Program-made: the position numbers and the translations under genes
The notes under the pieces: model-generated
Databases searched by the model: none
The model's input: only the letters and a program-made list of their open reading frames with translations
Told to the model about the DNA's origin: nothing
Part shown: positions 38,703 through 51,319 of the stretch, piece after piece
Numbering within the stretch: the stretch's first letter is position 1
Layout of the letters: each line of letters starts with the position of its first letter
Source of the DNA: Octopus bimaculoides
Taxonomy: Eukaryota
DNA length: 64,000 bases
Direction: 5' to 3'
Assembly: GCF_001194135.2 (NCBI RefSeq)
Contig: NC_068985.1
Coordinates: forward strand, 121,974,926 to 122,038,925

Positions 38703-38978
38703 AATGTGAAGTATATTTGCCACTTAAATGTGGCTAAACCCTAAGGGTGAATGTTACTGTTGCTTTTAGCCCCAGGAGGACATCTCCTCCAGCTGGCTAT
38801 TGACAAACATCTGTGCCCTGTCTGTATTTGCAAAGGGAAGGATGACTTTGCAAATACAGACAGGACACAGATATTTGTCAATAGCCAGCTGGAGGAGATG
38901 TTCTCCTGGGGCTAAAAGCAACAGTAACATTCACCCTTAGGGGTCAGCCACATTTAAGTGGCAAATATACTTCACATT
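38703..38978. mobile_element. Fold-back element, 133-bp arms, 10-bp spacer (family of 12783-13093)
   Basis: Arms 38703-38835 and 38846-38978; shares tgttactgtt..ttttagccccagga..catctcctccag with the 12.8-kb copy. Confidence 0.85.
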
Positions 38979-39259
38979 ATTTATGGTGTTGTTGGTATAA
39001 AAAGAATAAAATGTTGGCAGTTATTTTGATAGAGCTCAACTAAAAATATCAAATTAAATCTGATATTCTATCTATTGATTAAGACAAAGCTAAGAGATAG
39101 TGCTTTCTTTTTGCTAAACACAAATTCAGTTTTTGTAGAGTATGGGTATTAATTGACTGGATTAGTCACAATATGCATCTAGTACTTTATTGTTCACATA
39201 AAGGATTTGAACTCAGGACGTAAAGGAACATATTAAATATTTGCTTTATAGAGATTGGT

Positions 39260-39692
39260 GCCAGTGCTGCCCGACTGGCTCCCATGCTGGTAACACATAA
39301 AAAAGTACCATTCAAGCATGGTCAATGCCAGTGCTGCCCGACTGGTTCCCATGCTGGTGGCACATAAAAAAGTACCATTCAAGCATGGTCAATGCCAGTG
39401 CTGCCTGACTGGCTCCCATGCTGGTGGCACATAAAAAAGTACCATTCAAGCATGGTCAATGCCAGTGCTGCCTGACTGGCTCCCATGCTGGTGGCACATA
39501 AAAAAGTACCATTCAAGCANNNNNNNNNNGTGACATGTAAAAAGCACCCACTACACTCTCGGAGGTTGGTGTTAGGAAGGGCCTGTAGAAACCTTGCCAG
39601 ATCAGATTGGGGCCTGGTGCAGCCTCCTGGCTTGTCAGTCCTCAGTCAAACTGTCCTACCCATACAAGCATGGAAAGCGGACGTTGATGATG
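39260..39692 (+). mobile_element. RTE-tail element containing at least 4 tandem 67-bp units
   Basis: gccagtgctg recurs at 39260, 39327, 39394 and 39461; short gap, then the standard tail. Confidence 0.85.
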
Positions 39693-40897
39693 ATTCAAAT
39701 CAAATTTTGGCTGGGAGTACTAGTTAATTTAATCCTATATATCATGGGTATTTCATCTATTCTGGAAAAGTAAAAGATAAAATTATCTTCAGGTTTTAAT
39801 TCAGTATTGTAAAATTAATTCTCTTGTGGCTCCAATTCCAATGGTCATCATCATCATCATTATAATTTACATTTTTTCCATACTTGCATAGTTTGATTAG
39901 TAGAATGGTAGTACTTCATGGACTGTACTTGTGATGTCAGTTTGGTTCCCAAGCAAGCATTTCACTGCACATTCACATTATGTTGACAGTTAACCTGGAG
40001 AAAGATAACACCACTAGGTTAACATACAGTCTATACACTGTGAAGATAGTCTTTGAGCCTGACAGAAACAATCATGAACTCTTTCATTATATTTCATTTA
40101 ATTTTATAAATAATAAAAACTTTAAGGGGATTTAGAAAACCACTGACTTTTTCATTAGTAAGAAATTTTCAACATATTAGTTAATTAATATAAGAAGTTA
40201 GCTAATTGTATGTTGTAACAAATTGAAAATGCTTTTTTTTTTCCAAATTTCTTCCTGTTATTTTTTGTTCTGTGCATACATACTGACTGTACTTTTTGTA
40301 TGGAATTGTATCAAAATTAAATTAATTATAATGATTAATATTAAAAGGTTCTAACAAAATAATGGTAGAAGGTTCTAATTTAAATGTTAACTATTAAATG
40401 AGAGGATTTGTATCATAAGACAAAATGTCCTCCAACTAGTTTGTATCAGAAGGGTTAAAGTTTTGGAAAAAATTTATTTCCCAATTCTGCATTTGATGTA
40501 AATCAAAACTGTTTTTGATATTTACCTTATTACATTTTACAATTTCATATATTTTTTGTGCAAGAAAAATGTCTTTTGTGCTTTGATGAGGTTACTTAAG
40601 AAACAGTGCTTAGCTTCAAGATTTTTAGTGTGGTGCAAATAATCCAAATAATGTCCACCTGGATCTGTTTGTTTCAAGTAACATTCCCAGATGATCTGAT
40701 ATTTAGCCCTGATTGCTAAGTGAATTTAATGTATAGAATATAGTATAGACCAGTATTAAGTTTGAATTCCTAGCTCCTTTGCTTCTACATATCTCGCATG
40801 ATGTAACATTTAACGTAGAATTGTAACCTTTGTCTGTGCAGGATATGTACAAATACTGTTAATGTATTTGTCCTTTTGTATTGAAATTAATACATAG

Positions 40898-40977
40898 GAA
40901 GTGAAGTAAAGCAATATTGGAACTACTTGAAGAATAGAAAACTATTCAAGGAAACAAAACGATCCACATCACTTCTG
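40898..40977 (+). CDS. Candidate 80-bp exon (GSEVKQYWNYLKNRKLFKETKRSTSLL)
   Basis: tag| acceptor, CTG|GTATTA donor, phase 1-0, open frame that joins the upstream candidates. Confidence 0.4.
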
Positions 40978-42103
40978 GTATTATTCTGTCAGTTTATGTA
41001 TTTCCTAAGTGTCAACATAACATTCTTCAAAACATCTATTATATACAAAGCTATTTCTATAGCATATAATTCTTCTCTATTTATATAACAAAGATAAAAT
41101 TTCCTTTTTCTTTCTTGCTTCCTTCAATCCTTTCCGATTCAAGTACATTGTATCCAAATAAAGTAAAATAGAATTTTGAGTTCTTTTTAATCAATCCTTT
41201 GATAAGGAAAAATTTCTGTGTCATTGGCTACAAGAAATTTTGAAGGATGAGAAAAAAAACTACAGAATTATCATTAAACCTTTATATCAATGAAAATGGT
41301 ATAAAGATCACTCATTTGAAGATGAGGTAGGTATACTGTCTGTATATAAAGAGTTAGAACAAATACGGTAATGCAGTTTATCCAATGCCAGTCCACAGCT
41401 CTTATGATAATATTGATTTATATATCTAAATTTTTTTTAGCACAAAAGACATTTTTGATAATGAAAAACGCTGTTCCTTTGGATCCATCAGTGATGTGGA
41501 GTAGGGTGACATGCTGCATGAGCAACAACATATCCTCCATACCATTCTATTTATAACCCTAAACTAGAGATAGAAAAAAAAAAACAGCCCCAAAAGCACT
41601 GAAATGACCAACAAGTATAGCTTGTGTGATAGAGACTGCCATTCATACATTGAACTATTTAACTATAGACAATGCTGTTCCAGTAGGGCACTCAACTAAT
41701 ATCGTCAGCCATGGTCATTAATGATAGGTGGAGGCCTAAGATATAGGGTTGTTATAGTTTCCAGCTGCCTAGTCAGGAATTCACAACATTTCCAATGGCC
41801 AGAGAGTCTGTGCAACAAGGGTGGGATAGCGCTACAAAACATCTTCTGATTCCGCACAAATTACAGACTTGGCTTACATCTGTTACATATATACTTAAGA
41901 CTTAGTTGTGATCTGAACATAACCGCTTTTGACACAGAGAATCGGGAGCCCTTTTGGGCACTCTATTTTCTTTGAAAAATAGATGGTAAATGTTTTTATT
42001 TTTCATTCCCTTTCGAAATTATCCCTAATTGTGGTGTGTAGTTTTGACTGCTCCTTCTAGCGGGTTAGATGTCCTATTATAAATATATATGTATATTTGT
42101 GTG

Positions 42104-42140
<37 letters not shown>

Positions 42141-42141
42141 T

Positions 42142-42179
<38 letters not shown>

Positions 42180-42903
42180 TATATATATATCTATATATAT
42201 ATATATATATATATTATATTGATTTTCTTCTCACATTTCACTTCCACTACACATATCTATTTCCCAGACTTGAAGCTTTTATTTTAATTCACATATCGCT
42301 CTATATTTCTTCTTTATTAGTTTTCTGCTTTTGTCTTTCTTTCTCTTTCTATAGGCTACCCTTGACGTTATATCTACTAAGTTTTTTACAAAAACTTAGT
42401 AGCATTCCGTTCATCATTTTACACATTCATCACATTCTGCTAAAATGTCTTATCGATGAGTTTGGTTTCTTTCTTTCTCTTCCTGATGAGATTACATTGT
42501 TTCACACCATTTTATTCCTTCTGGAATAATACCAATGTTGTCTTCGAATCATGTTGGAAGTAAAAGAATTTGAATAACACCTGTGTTTAACTCCATTTGT
42601 TTATTTATATATATTACACAAAATATTTCACATGAACCCTGAGTTTCTACCTTTACAAACAAGGTGTTACGTCCTTATTACTTGGGTGACCTTTTGCTGC
42701 CCTGGTTACGGTTTATTTTTTTTTTTCCATGTTAGTTGTAAACAAGGGGAAAATACACACATACATATTTGTATGTATGTATATATATTTGTATTTGTAT
42801 GTATATATATATATATATATAAATGTATGTATATATATTTGTATTTGTATGTATATATATATATATATATATATAAATGTATGTATATATATATATATTT
42901 GTA

Positions 42904-42935
<32 letters not shown>

Positions 42936-43663
42936 GATAGATAGATAGAAACTGGCTGCTAAGCCCAGTCAGTTTGGATGATGTGGCTGTAAAACCTGGT
43001 CTTGTGTAAGTAAACATTGGAATTTTTGGGGCACACTTACATTAAAAAAACAGTTTCAGGATGACATTTTTTCTGTCAGAACGCTAAAAATAACTGATGA
43101 ACAAAAAAAAAAAAAAACTAACCAAGATTCAACCAAATCAAAAAATAAACCCAAATACTAAGCGAACAAATATGAATCATCCTACTTCCATTGCGTGTGC
43201 ACACACACAGAGTTGAAACGCTGTTTCAGTTTTTCTCAGCGTACAATTTTCATCATCCCACTACCAAGTATGACATCTCCCCTTACTTCCTTATTCATCT
43301 ATCACCCTTTCCTTTCTCATTCATAATCACAAGAATATTATAGTAGATTATCTCGGTAATCATGGGAGCTATGCAAAAAATGACATCACCCCTTCCTTTT
43401 TCATTCATAAACACAAGAGTATTATTATAGTAGATTATCTCGGTAATCATAGGAGCTATGAAAAAAATACAAAGCCCAGCATCACCATTGGATCATTCTA
43501 CACATCTGTGTAATTTTTCGCACAATTCCATCCAGCCGTTCGACCGTGAATCCCAAGACAAGAAAGAATCGCCCAAGTCAAATTTATATGTATAGATATA
43601 TATATATATATGATATATATTTGGGTATGTATGTACATATATATATATATGTAATTTGTATGT

Positions 43664-43902
43664 GTCGTCGTCGTCGTTTAACGTCCGCTTTCCATGCTAG
43701 CATGGGTTGGACGATTTGACTGAGGACTGGTGAGACCAGATGGCTACACCAGGCTCCAATCTAAATTTGGCAGAGTTTCTACAACTGGATGCCCTTCCTA
43801 ACGCCAGTGTAGTGGGTGCTTTTACGTGTCACCCGCACGAAGGCCAGTCAGGCGGTACTGACAACGGCCACGCTCAAAATGGTGCATTTCATGTGCCACC
43901 CG
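43664..43902 (-). mobile_element. Young non-coding element with RTE 3' tail (runs into a gap)
   Basis: Near-identical to 18713-18960 and 54709-54950. Confidence 0.85.
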
Positions 43903-44339
43903 NNNNNNNNNNNNNNNNNNNNNNNNNNNNNNNNNNNNNNNNNNNNNNNNNNNNNNNNNNNNNNNNNNNNNNNNNNNNNNNNNNNNNNNNNNNNNNNNNN
44001 NNNNNNNNNNNNNNNNNNNNNNNNNNNNNNNNNNNNNNNNNNNNTATATATATATATATAGAGAGAGAGAGAGATGGAGTGAAAGGTGTAGGTAGAGGAG
44101 ATAAATGGCAAACAGAGCGTTGTATGAATGAGAAAGGAAGTGGTGATAGATGAATAACAAAGGAAGGAGTAAAAAAAACCAATGAACAGCATTTGATGTG
44201 AGTATATGTGTATAAAAGAGAGGTATGTGTGTGCGTGTGTACAATGGAAATGAGGTGGTAATCTTCAACGCTGAAAATGTGCATGCGTGTAGAAGAGAAC
44301 TGCATGAAACTTTACATATACACATAAATAAAACATAAA

Positions 44340-44528
44340 AGAATAATCCAAAATCCTTGCCCGGAAGTGGATCGATCCCAAAATCTAATCAGTTTCTGCT
44401 AGTCATGTGGCTAAACATCCCTGAAAGTTTCATCTGAATCCATCCAGCAGTTCTTGAGATATCTTGTCCATGGACAAACAAACACGACTGAATACAATAC
44501 CTTTGCCTTCACTAAGGCAGAGGTAGTA
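44340..44528 (+). mobile_element. Helitron/HINE-like 3' end with terminal hairpin
   Basis: aaaatctaatcag..gaaagtttcatc..gttcttgagatatc..acaaacaaac, then hairpin acctttgcctt-cact-aaggcagaggt. Confidence 0.55.
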
Positions 44529-45585
44529 AATTTGTATGGTGGAAGTATGGCTGTGTTGTTAAGTTTGCTTCTTAATCATGTGGTTTCAGATGCAATGTTG
44601 ATGTAATTAACTGATGCTTTCCTGCTAAGTAAAGACGTTTCCTGTACTCAGTTTCAAGATTCTGATAGCACTTTTTGTGGTAGTCTCCAATTCATCACTC
44701 CATCTTTTTTGTTTTCATCCCTTTGTTTTGGAAACCAGTCTGTTAACTTTTTTTCACCACCTGGACATTTCAACAATTGTGTAAATTTGACAGTATCATT
44801 TAGTTATATTGGTTCTCAGATTCATCTTGTTGTTTTAGGGTCCTATATTATTCCAAACATGTTGAGCTATTTTTAACTTGTTTGCTCCATGTTTCTAAGC
44901 CAAAAGAAATATGTGTGATGATACACTAGTTGTAAACCCATCTCATACACTTACTTCTCCAAAAGGCTTATCTGCCCAAAGTAATTCAGTCCTTTTGTTT
45001 GTTTGTTTTTTTGCTTTCTCTGGTTGTGTTGTTGGTGAAGATAGGTGTAGATGTTTTTCTTCAATTTTCAAGAACTTTGTTAATTTTTTTGTTTATTTTT
45101 AGTCCTACTGTCTTGTTTTGTTATTCTAAAAAAGTTTGCAGTTCAGACACTAGTAGTATATTGTTTGTGAATCAAAAGTTAAGGGAGAAATTTGCTGTAG
45201 ATTTTTATTTTGCTATGAAAAATAGATATGGGTTTCAATGTTTGTGTGATCGAATGTTAGAGGAGTTTTTAAGAAATTGATAGATATACCAGTTCTACAT
45301 TTTGGCTTATTATGGCTGTAATCTTTGATGGCTTTCCTACTCTACTTATTGATCAGTTGTCAAGTGGATGCTGAAGAATAAGAATTGTATCTGGATGACT
45401 CCTAGAAATTAAAATAGATGAACATCAGAATGCCTTAATGAGAGGAGATTCAGCTAAATCATGGCATGAGAAAGAAAATACTCTGCTATAAAATGAAATT
45501 CTCACAGTGGAAAATTAGAAAAATCTAAGTAGCAGTACATATAATGCTTACTAATAAACTAATAATCAGTGTATCCAGTCCTCCT

Positions 45586-46490
45586 CTAGTCAGGTGTCGC
45601 ACTATGCGATGCTGTGGTCATCACAATGTCTTGCCACCTTCTCCTGTCCTCTTCCCCATGGACAGCTGAGAATAAAGACAATCCTGTGGCTGCGATGTCT
45701 TTCAGCCAAGAAGTGGGTCGTCTGCCCTTCACCTTGCCAGTTATGATCGTTCGCTCAAGTCCATCCTGGCGCATGACAGGGCCAAAGAACCGTAGCTTCC
45801 GCTTCATGATGTTTCGCCGAAGCGTCATCTCGCAACCGAACTTTTCTAGTACCCAGTTGTTCGTCCTTCTCTCCGTCTACAACACTCTAAAGATTCTGTG
45901 GTAACACATTTCAAAAGCGCTCACTCTTTTCTCGTCTGCCTTCAACATTGTCCACGACTCACAGCCGTACGTCGCAATAGAGAAAGCGGCAGCTCGAAGT
46001 AGCCTTATCTTCAGCAGCATTGACACGCCATGACTTTTCCAGATGTTCTCCATATCTTGTACCACTTGCCTTGCTATCGCGAGCCTTCTCCCTATCTCTG
46101 GTGTACTTGATCCACTGGTGCTGATTGTGGATCCCAAGTACACAAAATCATCCACTTCCTGAATCATCTCTCCGGCTATGGTGAAGTCACCTTGGTCTGT
46201 GCTGTACTTGTCTTCTTTACATTCAGGAATAGGTAACTTTGTGCACACGTCTTTCACTTTTGCGTATCATCTACAGCAATTCGTCCTTGCTGTTACTTAT
46301 GAGGGTTGTGTCATCGGCGTATCTCAGATTGCACAGCCTTTCTCCGCCAATCTGCACACCACCGTCTTAGTTCTCCTTCACCGCTCTTATGATGTTTTCT
46401 GCATAGATGTTGTACAGATATGGAGACAGAACACATCCCTGTCGGACACCCCTCTCAATGCCGAGTCACTGACAGACGTTCTGGACACAC
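45586..46490 (-). mobile_element. 5'-truncated RTE LINE of a second subfamily (RT domains 4-7 and C-terminus)
   Basis: GVRQGCVLSPYLYNIY, LRYADDTTL, EVDDFVYLGS, ATYGCESWT, KLRFFGPVMR, with stops and frameshifts. Confidence 0.9.
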
Positions 46491-47497
46491 TTTTTTAAGT
46501 GTGTCCAGTACTAACTTCTAAACATCTTTTTGATATGGTTACCTTTACTGAAAAGTGAATTTAAGTAATCTAAAACTACTATAGTTGTACATGTGCTATG
46601 GGATAAAGATTAAATTACCTTGTAGTTTAGAAATAAGCTTTTCCAGTTTGAATCTCATGGGGTTCTGATTTACATATCCAGCAACAAAGCCCTTGATGTT
46701 GATTGGAAATTGGACTGATTACATGTAGTGTAGATGTGATCTTATTTTAAAATTGTCTTGATATATTTGACAAAAAAAGAAAACCATTCAACTGCAGTGG
46801 AATAATAAAAGGTATCTCTTCATGTCTATTACCAACAGAAATTATGTTAAACTGAAAGTGTGATGTAACATGGCCTAAGGGAGACCATTCCATGATAATA
46901 ATAAAAAAAAGACAATAGATTAGAAGAATGAATGATTTTAATGTTAAAAATTAACTTTACTGATAGGAAAATTTTTCATTTAAAAGTAAAATACAAAATA
47001 TATAATAGATGGATGCATTTTATGAACTTATGATCAAATGACTTGCCTAAACTCGAATTCATTTTACAAGAAGTAGCACTTGAGAGGGACTCCTTGAAAC
47101 GTATGATATTGAATCAAATGTCATTCTACATCCCTTGGTTGCATTATATCATTTAGCTTGCACAAAGGATTTAGGTGTAGGAACCAAAATTATGATTAAT
47201 AGTAAAATGTTATCCTATGTGAATAACAGTATGGGTGAATCCTTAAAAAATATTGGAATAAATTTAAACTCAAAATGTATTTTTAAAAAATTTAAAAACA
47301 AGGTATTGAACTTGGTGTATATGAATAGTCAGCTCTGCTTGTGCAAGCTCCTGACATGGGGTAGTTGATTGAGCAAATTATTACACCTGCAATTTTAGCA
47401 GTTATGCTGTTACTGACTTCAAATATAGCAATTATAATATGGATTCTTCTTTACAGATAGTTGTGAGTTTCTGGTGGAGACTTTCGTGTTACTTTAA

Positions 47498-47705
47498 CCC
47501 TTTAACATTCAGATTACTGTCAAATTTAATGCCTATTAAATATTATTTTGTATTAATCATACCTTTGAGATTTTGATGATGTGGTTGTTTATTTTTAGAA
47601 TGACATTGTAAGGTAGGTGTGAGAGGTTGGATCTGGTCAGCTTGAACATTAAAACGAGTAGAATATTTTGGCTAGATATGACAGGTTTGTTTATGTGCTT
47701 AAGGG
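47498..47705. mobile_element. piggyBac-like MITE
   Basis: TTAA|ccctttaacatt ... gtgcttaaggg|ttca (degenerate TTAA). Confidence 0.6.
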
Positions 47706-50165
47706 TTCAGCAATCAAGCATTTGCCTAGAACCTCCCTACCTGAAAATAAGAGTCCTTTACAAATGCAAATAACTTATCAGTAAAGTTGTATTAAGTCTC
47801 CAGAATTAAGTTTATGTCAGACATTTCTTAGAATGTTGATTTTTCCTTCTTTCCCTCAGAATTTTATTTTTCCTTGTAAAATGAATTTTTGTTTGCAAAA
47901 GTTATTCTTTGCAATTGTCTTGCATTCCTTTTTNNNNNNNNNNNNNNNNNNNNNNNNNNNNNNNNNNNNNNNNNNNNNNNNNNNNNNNNNNNNNNNNNNN
48001 NNNNNNNNNNNNNNNNNNNNNNNNNNNNNNNNNNNNNNNNNNNNNNNNNNNNNNNNNNNNNNNNNNNNNNNNNNNNNNNNNNNNNNNNNNNNNNATGGTT
48101 AGGGTCAGGGTTTGAGTTAGGGTTAGGTTTACCCTGTGGATCTATATAAAAACCGGAGGCGGGGGGTCGAAATTTTGAAATTGAGATTTTTGAAAAAAAT
48201 TTTTCAGAATCGGAATCTCCATAGCCTAAAACGTGGGATTCCGTTTAAAAAATTAATAAATAAGGGGGGGGGGAGGTTCCCTTGATTGGCACTTTACTTT
48301 ATCCCGATTTGGAAGTATGAAAGTCAAAAGTCGATCAGAGTGAACTCAGAATGTATGTTCTTCTAACCCTGTTCCAATAATAATGATGAATAGGTACACA
48401 AGTACATACCATATTTTGATGAATTTAATCAACCTCACTTGTAGCTAACAAGTGCTTATATTTATTAGCGAGCCTACTCCATGCTGTGAAATATTTCCTC
48501 TCTGCCTTTCCAGCTTTGTTGCTAAAACATCACCCCTTCCTTTTTGTTTAGTGTCTGGTTGGGGCAGTCGAATCGTTTATTATAACGGTCTTGCAAACTA
48601 ATGGGTATTTCAACAGTACAAACACACAATGAGCTAGTATTAGTCTTTTTGAAAAAAGGTGTCATTGCCAAGTATTTTCTGTCTAGCAGAAAACATTTCA
48701 TATAATTAAAAGTACTAAAAAAAAGTTTAAAATTTCATTTAGACAGTATTCTTTTAAAACTCCGTATTTATTTTGTAAAATGTCTCTTCGAGACAATTTT
48801 TTAATATTAATCTAGTTACATTTTGTACGAAGCTCTTTGCCCCCTCCTGCCTCGGACTTAGTATTCTCATAACTTTCTGAAAACAAATATTTAAAAAAAT
48901 TATGTTGATGTAATGTTAAAAGAAACATTTGTAAAAAGTTTCGGATCATTCTCCTTTCCCCTCGACTTTACTCTAAACGCGTTTTAAACTGCATATTTTT
49001 AAATGGAATTGTACAGACATATGTTTTCGAGAATGTGGGATAAAGATTATGTNNNNNNNNNNNNNNNNNNNNNNNNNNNNNNNNNNNNNNNNNNNNNNNN
49101 NNNNNNNNNNNNNNNNNNNNNNNNNNNNNNNNNNNNNNNNNNNNNNNNNNNNNNNNNNNNNNNNNNNNNNNNNNNNNNNNNNNNNNNNNNNNNNNNNNNN
49201 NNNNNNNNNNNNNNNNNNNNNNNNNNNNNNNNNNNNNNNNNNNNNNNNNNNNNNNNNNNNNNNNNNNNNNNNNNNNNNNNNNNNNNNNNNNNNNNNNNNN
49301 NNNNNNNNNNNNNNNNNNNNNNNNNNNNNNNNNNNNNNNNNNNNNNNNNNNNNNNNNNNNNNNNNNNNNNNNNNNNNNNNNNNNNNNNNNNNNNNNNNNN
49401 NNNNNNNNNNNNNNNNNNNNNNNNNNNNNNNNNNNNNNNNNNNNNNNNNNNNNNNNNNNNNNNNNNNNNNNNNNNNNNNNNNNNNNNNNNNNNNNNNNNN
49501 NNNNNNNNNNNNNNNNNNNNNNNNNNNNNNNNNNNNNNNNNNNNNNNNNNNNNNNNNNNNNNNNNNNNNNNNNNNNNNNNNNNNNNNNNNNNNNNNNNNN
49601 NNNNNNNNNNNNNNNNNNNNNNNNNNNNNNNNNNNNNNNNNNNNNNNNNNNNNNNNNNNNNNNNNNNNNNNNNNNNNNNNNNNNNNNNNNNNNNNNNNNN
49701 NNNNNNNNNNNNNNNNNNNNNNNNNNNNNNNNNNNNNNNNNNNNNNNNNNNNNNNNNNNNNNNNNNNNNNNNNNNNNNNNNNNNNNNNNNNNNNNNNNNN
49801 NNNNNNNNNNNNNNNNNNNNNNNNNNNNNNNNNNNNNNNNNNNNNNNNNNNNNNNNNNNNNNNNNNNNNNNNNNNNNNNNNNNNNNNNNNNNNNNNNNNN
49901 NNNNNNNNNNNNNNATATATATATATATAAAATGTGTGTTTTAAATTTTAACAGGAGCCATTTTGCTTAATGATTGTTTTCAAAGCATAGTTTTTGTATT
50001 TTTTTGTGTGTGGAAGTTATGAAAAAATAAATTTAAATAAATGAAGGGAAGTGGAAAAAAGTTTTATATGTATAATAATAATAAACTAGGAAAATATGTC
50101 TGAATTGTTAAAATGCATAATGTGTAATTTCCATGTGTGGATAGAGAGAAGGAGACTCACCATGT

Positions 50166-50681
50166 TTACGTATTTAAAGCCCCATTTTGCCGAGTTGACC
50201 GTCGCCCATACCTTCTACTACTAGTTTCTGATTGTAAATTAGAGTTAACATTGTTACGTTTCAGTGCAATTCTGGCTTCTGCCTGTTCGAATTTTTTGTT
50301 AGCTCTTGTCTGGGCCATGGCTCTGGCATTTCTTATTCTCTCCTTCCTCCTATACTCTTCATTTTGTCGAAGGATGGCCATTGAGATAGCATTCTCTTCT
50401 CGCTCTTTCCGCCTGTACTCGTCGTCCATTCGAGCCTGAGCTCTCGACAGAGCATTTTTTGCCCGCTCTCTTGCCCTATACTCCTCGTTCAAACGGTTTC
50501 GTCTTTGAGCAGCTGCATTGCGTTCTCTCTCTCTCGCCCGGTACACTGGATCATTTCGCATCCTCCTCATATTTTCAGCCGCGCGCGCTCTTGATAGTTC
50601 TTTGTTTGCAGTCCTATGTCTAACCAACAGCTCGCTCGATCTAGGTTGATCTTTGCGTACTGTTGTTTTAATCCTCGGCAT
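50166..50681 (-). CDS. Intact 171-aa R/E-rich helical protein with four 21-aa repeats (possible transposon accessory or STPR-like DNA-binding protein)
   Basis: Uninterrupted CpG-rich ORF; repeats NDPVYRARERERNAAAQRRNR / LNEEYRARERAKNALSRAQAR / MDDEYRRKEREENAISMAILR / QNEEYRRKERIRNARAMAQTR; flanking splice signals. Confidence 0.65.
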   Translation of the reverse strand: MPRIKTTVRKDQPRSSELLVRHRTANKELSRARAAENMRRMRNDPVYRARERERNAAAQRRNRLNEEYRARERAKNALSRAQARMDDEYRRKEREENAISMAILRQNEEYRRKERIRNARAMAQTRANKKFEQAEARIALKRNNVNSNLQSETSSRRYGRRSTRQNGALNT

Positions 50682-51084
50682 GTTTTTGTTTCGTTTGCTG
50701 TGCGATCTTGCCTTTTAAATTCTGCCTGAATCCCCAGACAAGGGTCTGTTTAAAACAGCCGACACTTTGAAGTTTTTCTTTATGAAATGCAGTTTAAAAA
50801 AAAAACTTCGAGACCGTATTGAATTAGAAAACAGCAGCTCACTGCCTTGCTTGTTGGTCTAGCCTCCTCCTGTGTTTGCCATGTAGTGCCGAATAAGAGA
50901 GAGAGAGAGAGAAAGAGAGAATGCGCAGACAGTGACGAAATTGCTTTCTCTCTGCGCATACCCTCGTCTCCCTATTTAACACACACTCATGTTAAGGCGG
51001 GGATGTTGACGTAGCAGCCAGCACAATAAAACGTGCTTACAGACAGTGTCTGCTTGGATGGCTTCCATTCCTGAAATTTCTTTA

Positions 51085-51319
51085 TTTATATTATTTACAA
51101 TTGACGGATATTTGTCCTCGTCTTGTTTGTTAATACAACGTTTCGGCTGATATACCCTCCAGCCTCCATCAGGTGTCTTGGGGAAATTTTGAACCAGGGT
51201 TCTCATTCCTAAGGTATTTTTCGATGCTGCTGTTGTTATTATTATTCAGGTCACTGCTTGAAATTGAACTCGGAATCTTAAGGTTAGTAGCCTGCACTCT
51301 TAACCACTACGCCATATGC
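51085..51319 (-). mobile_element. tRNA-headed SINE carrying a hammerhead-like 3' domain
   Basis: Head gcatatggcgtagtggttaagag (A box)..ccgagttcaatt (B box); (AAT)n; hammerhead fold at 51177-51132. Confidence 0.7.
51132..51177 (-). ncRNA. Minimal type I hammerhead-like motif (variant core)
   Basis: gacac-CUGAUGG-a-GGCUG(gaggguauau)CAGCC-GAAA-C-GUU/guauu; G at the A9 position; one stem I mismatch. Confidence 0.5.

Noticed and set aside
39260-39519. CRISPR-like regular repeats
   Set aside because: Contiguous tandem units with no unique spacers, no cas genes, eukaryotic context, and homologous to the RTE 3' UTR.
48096-48130. TTAGGG-like telomeric repeats
   Set aside because: Only two or three degenerate units beside a gap; too short to call an interstitial telomere.
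50137-50439. 100-aa + strand ORF
   Set aside because: Antisense shadow of the 171-aa repeat ORF.
51250-51319. tRNA gene (also 13500-13575, 19175-19250, 24480-24552)
   Set aside because: The A and B boxes are present, but the cloverleaf is decayed and each continues into a SINE body.
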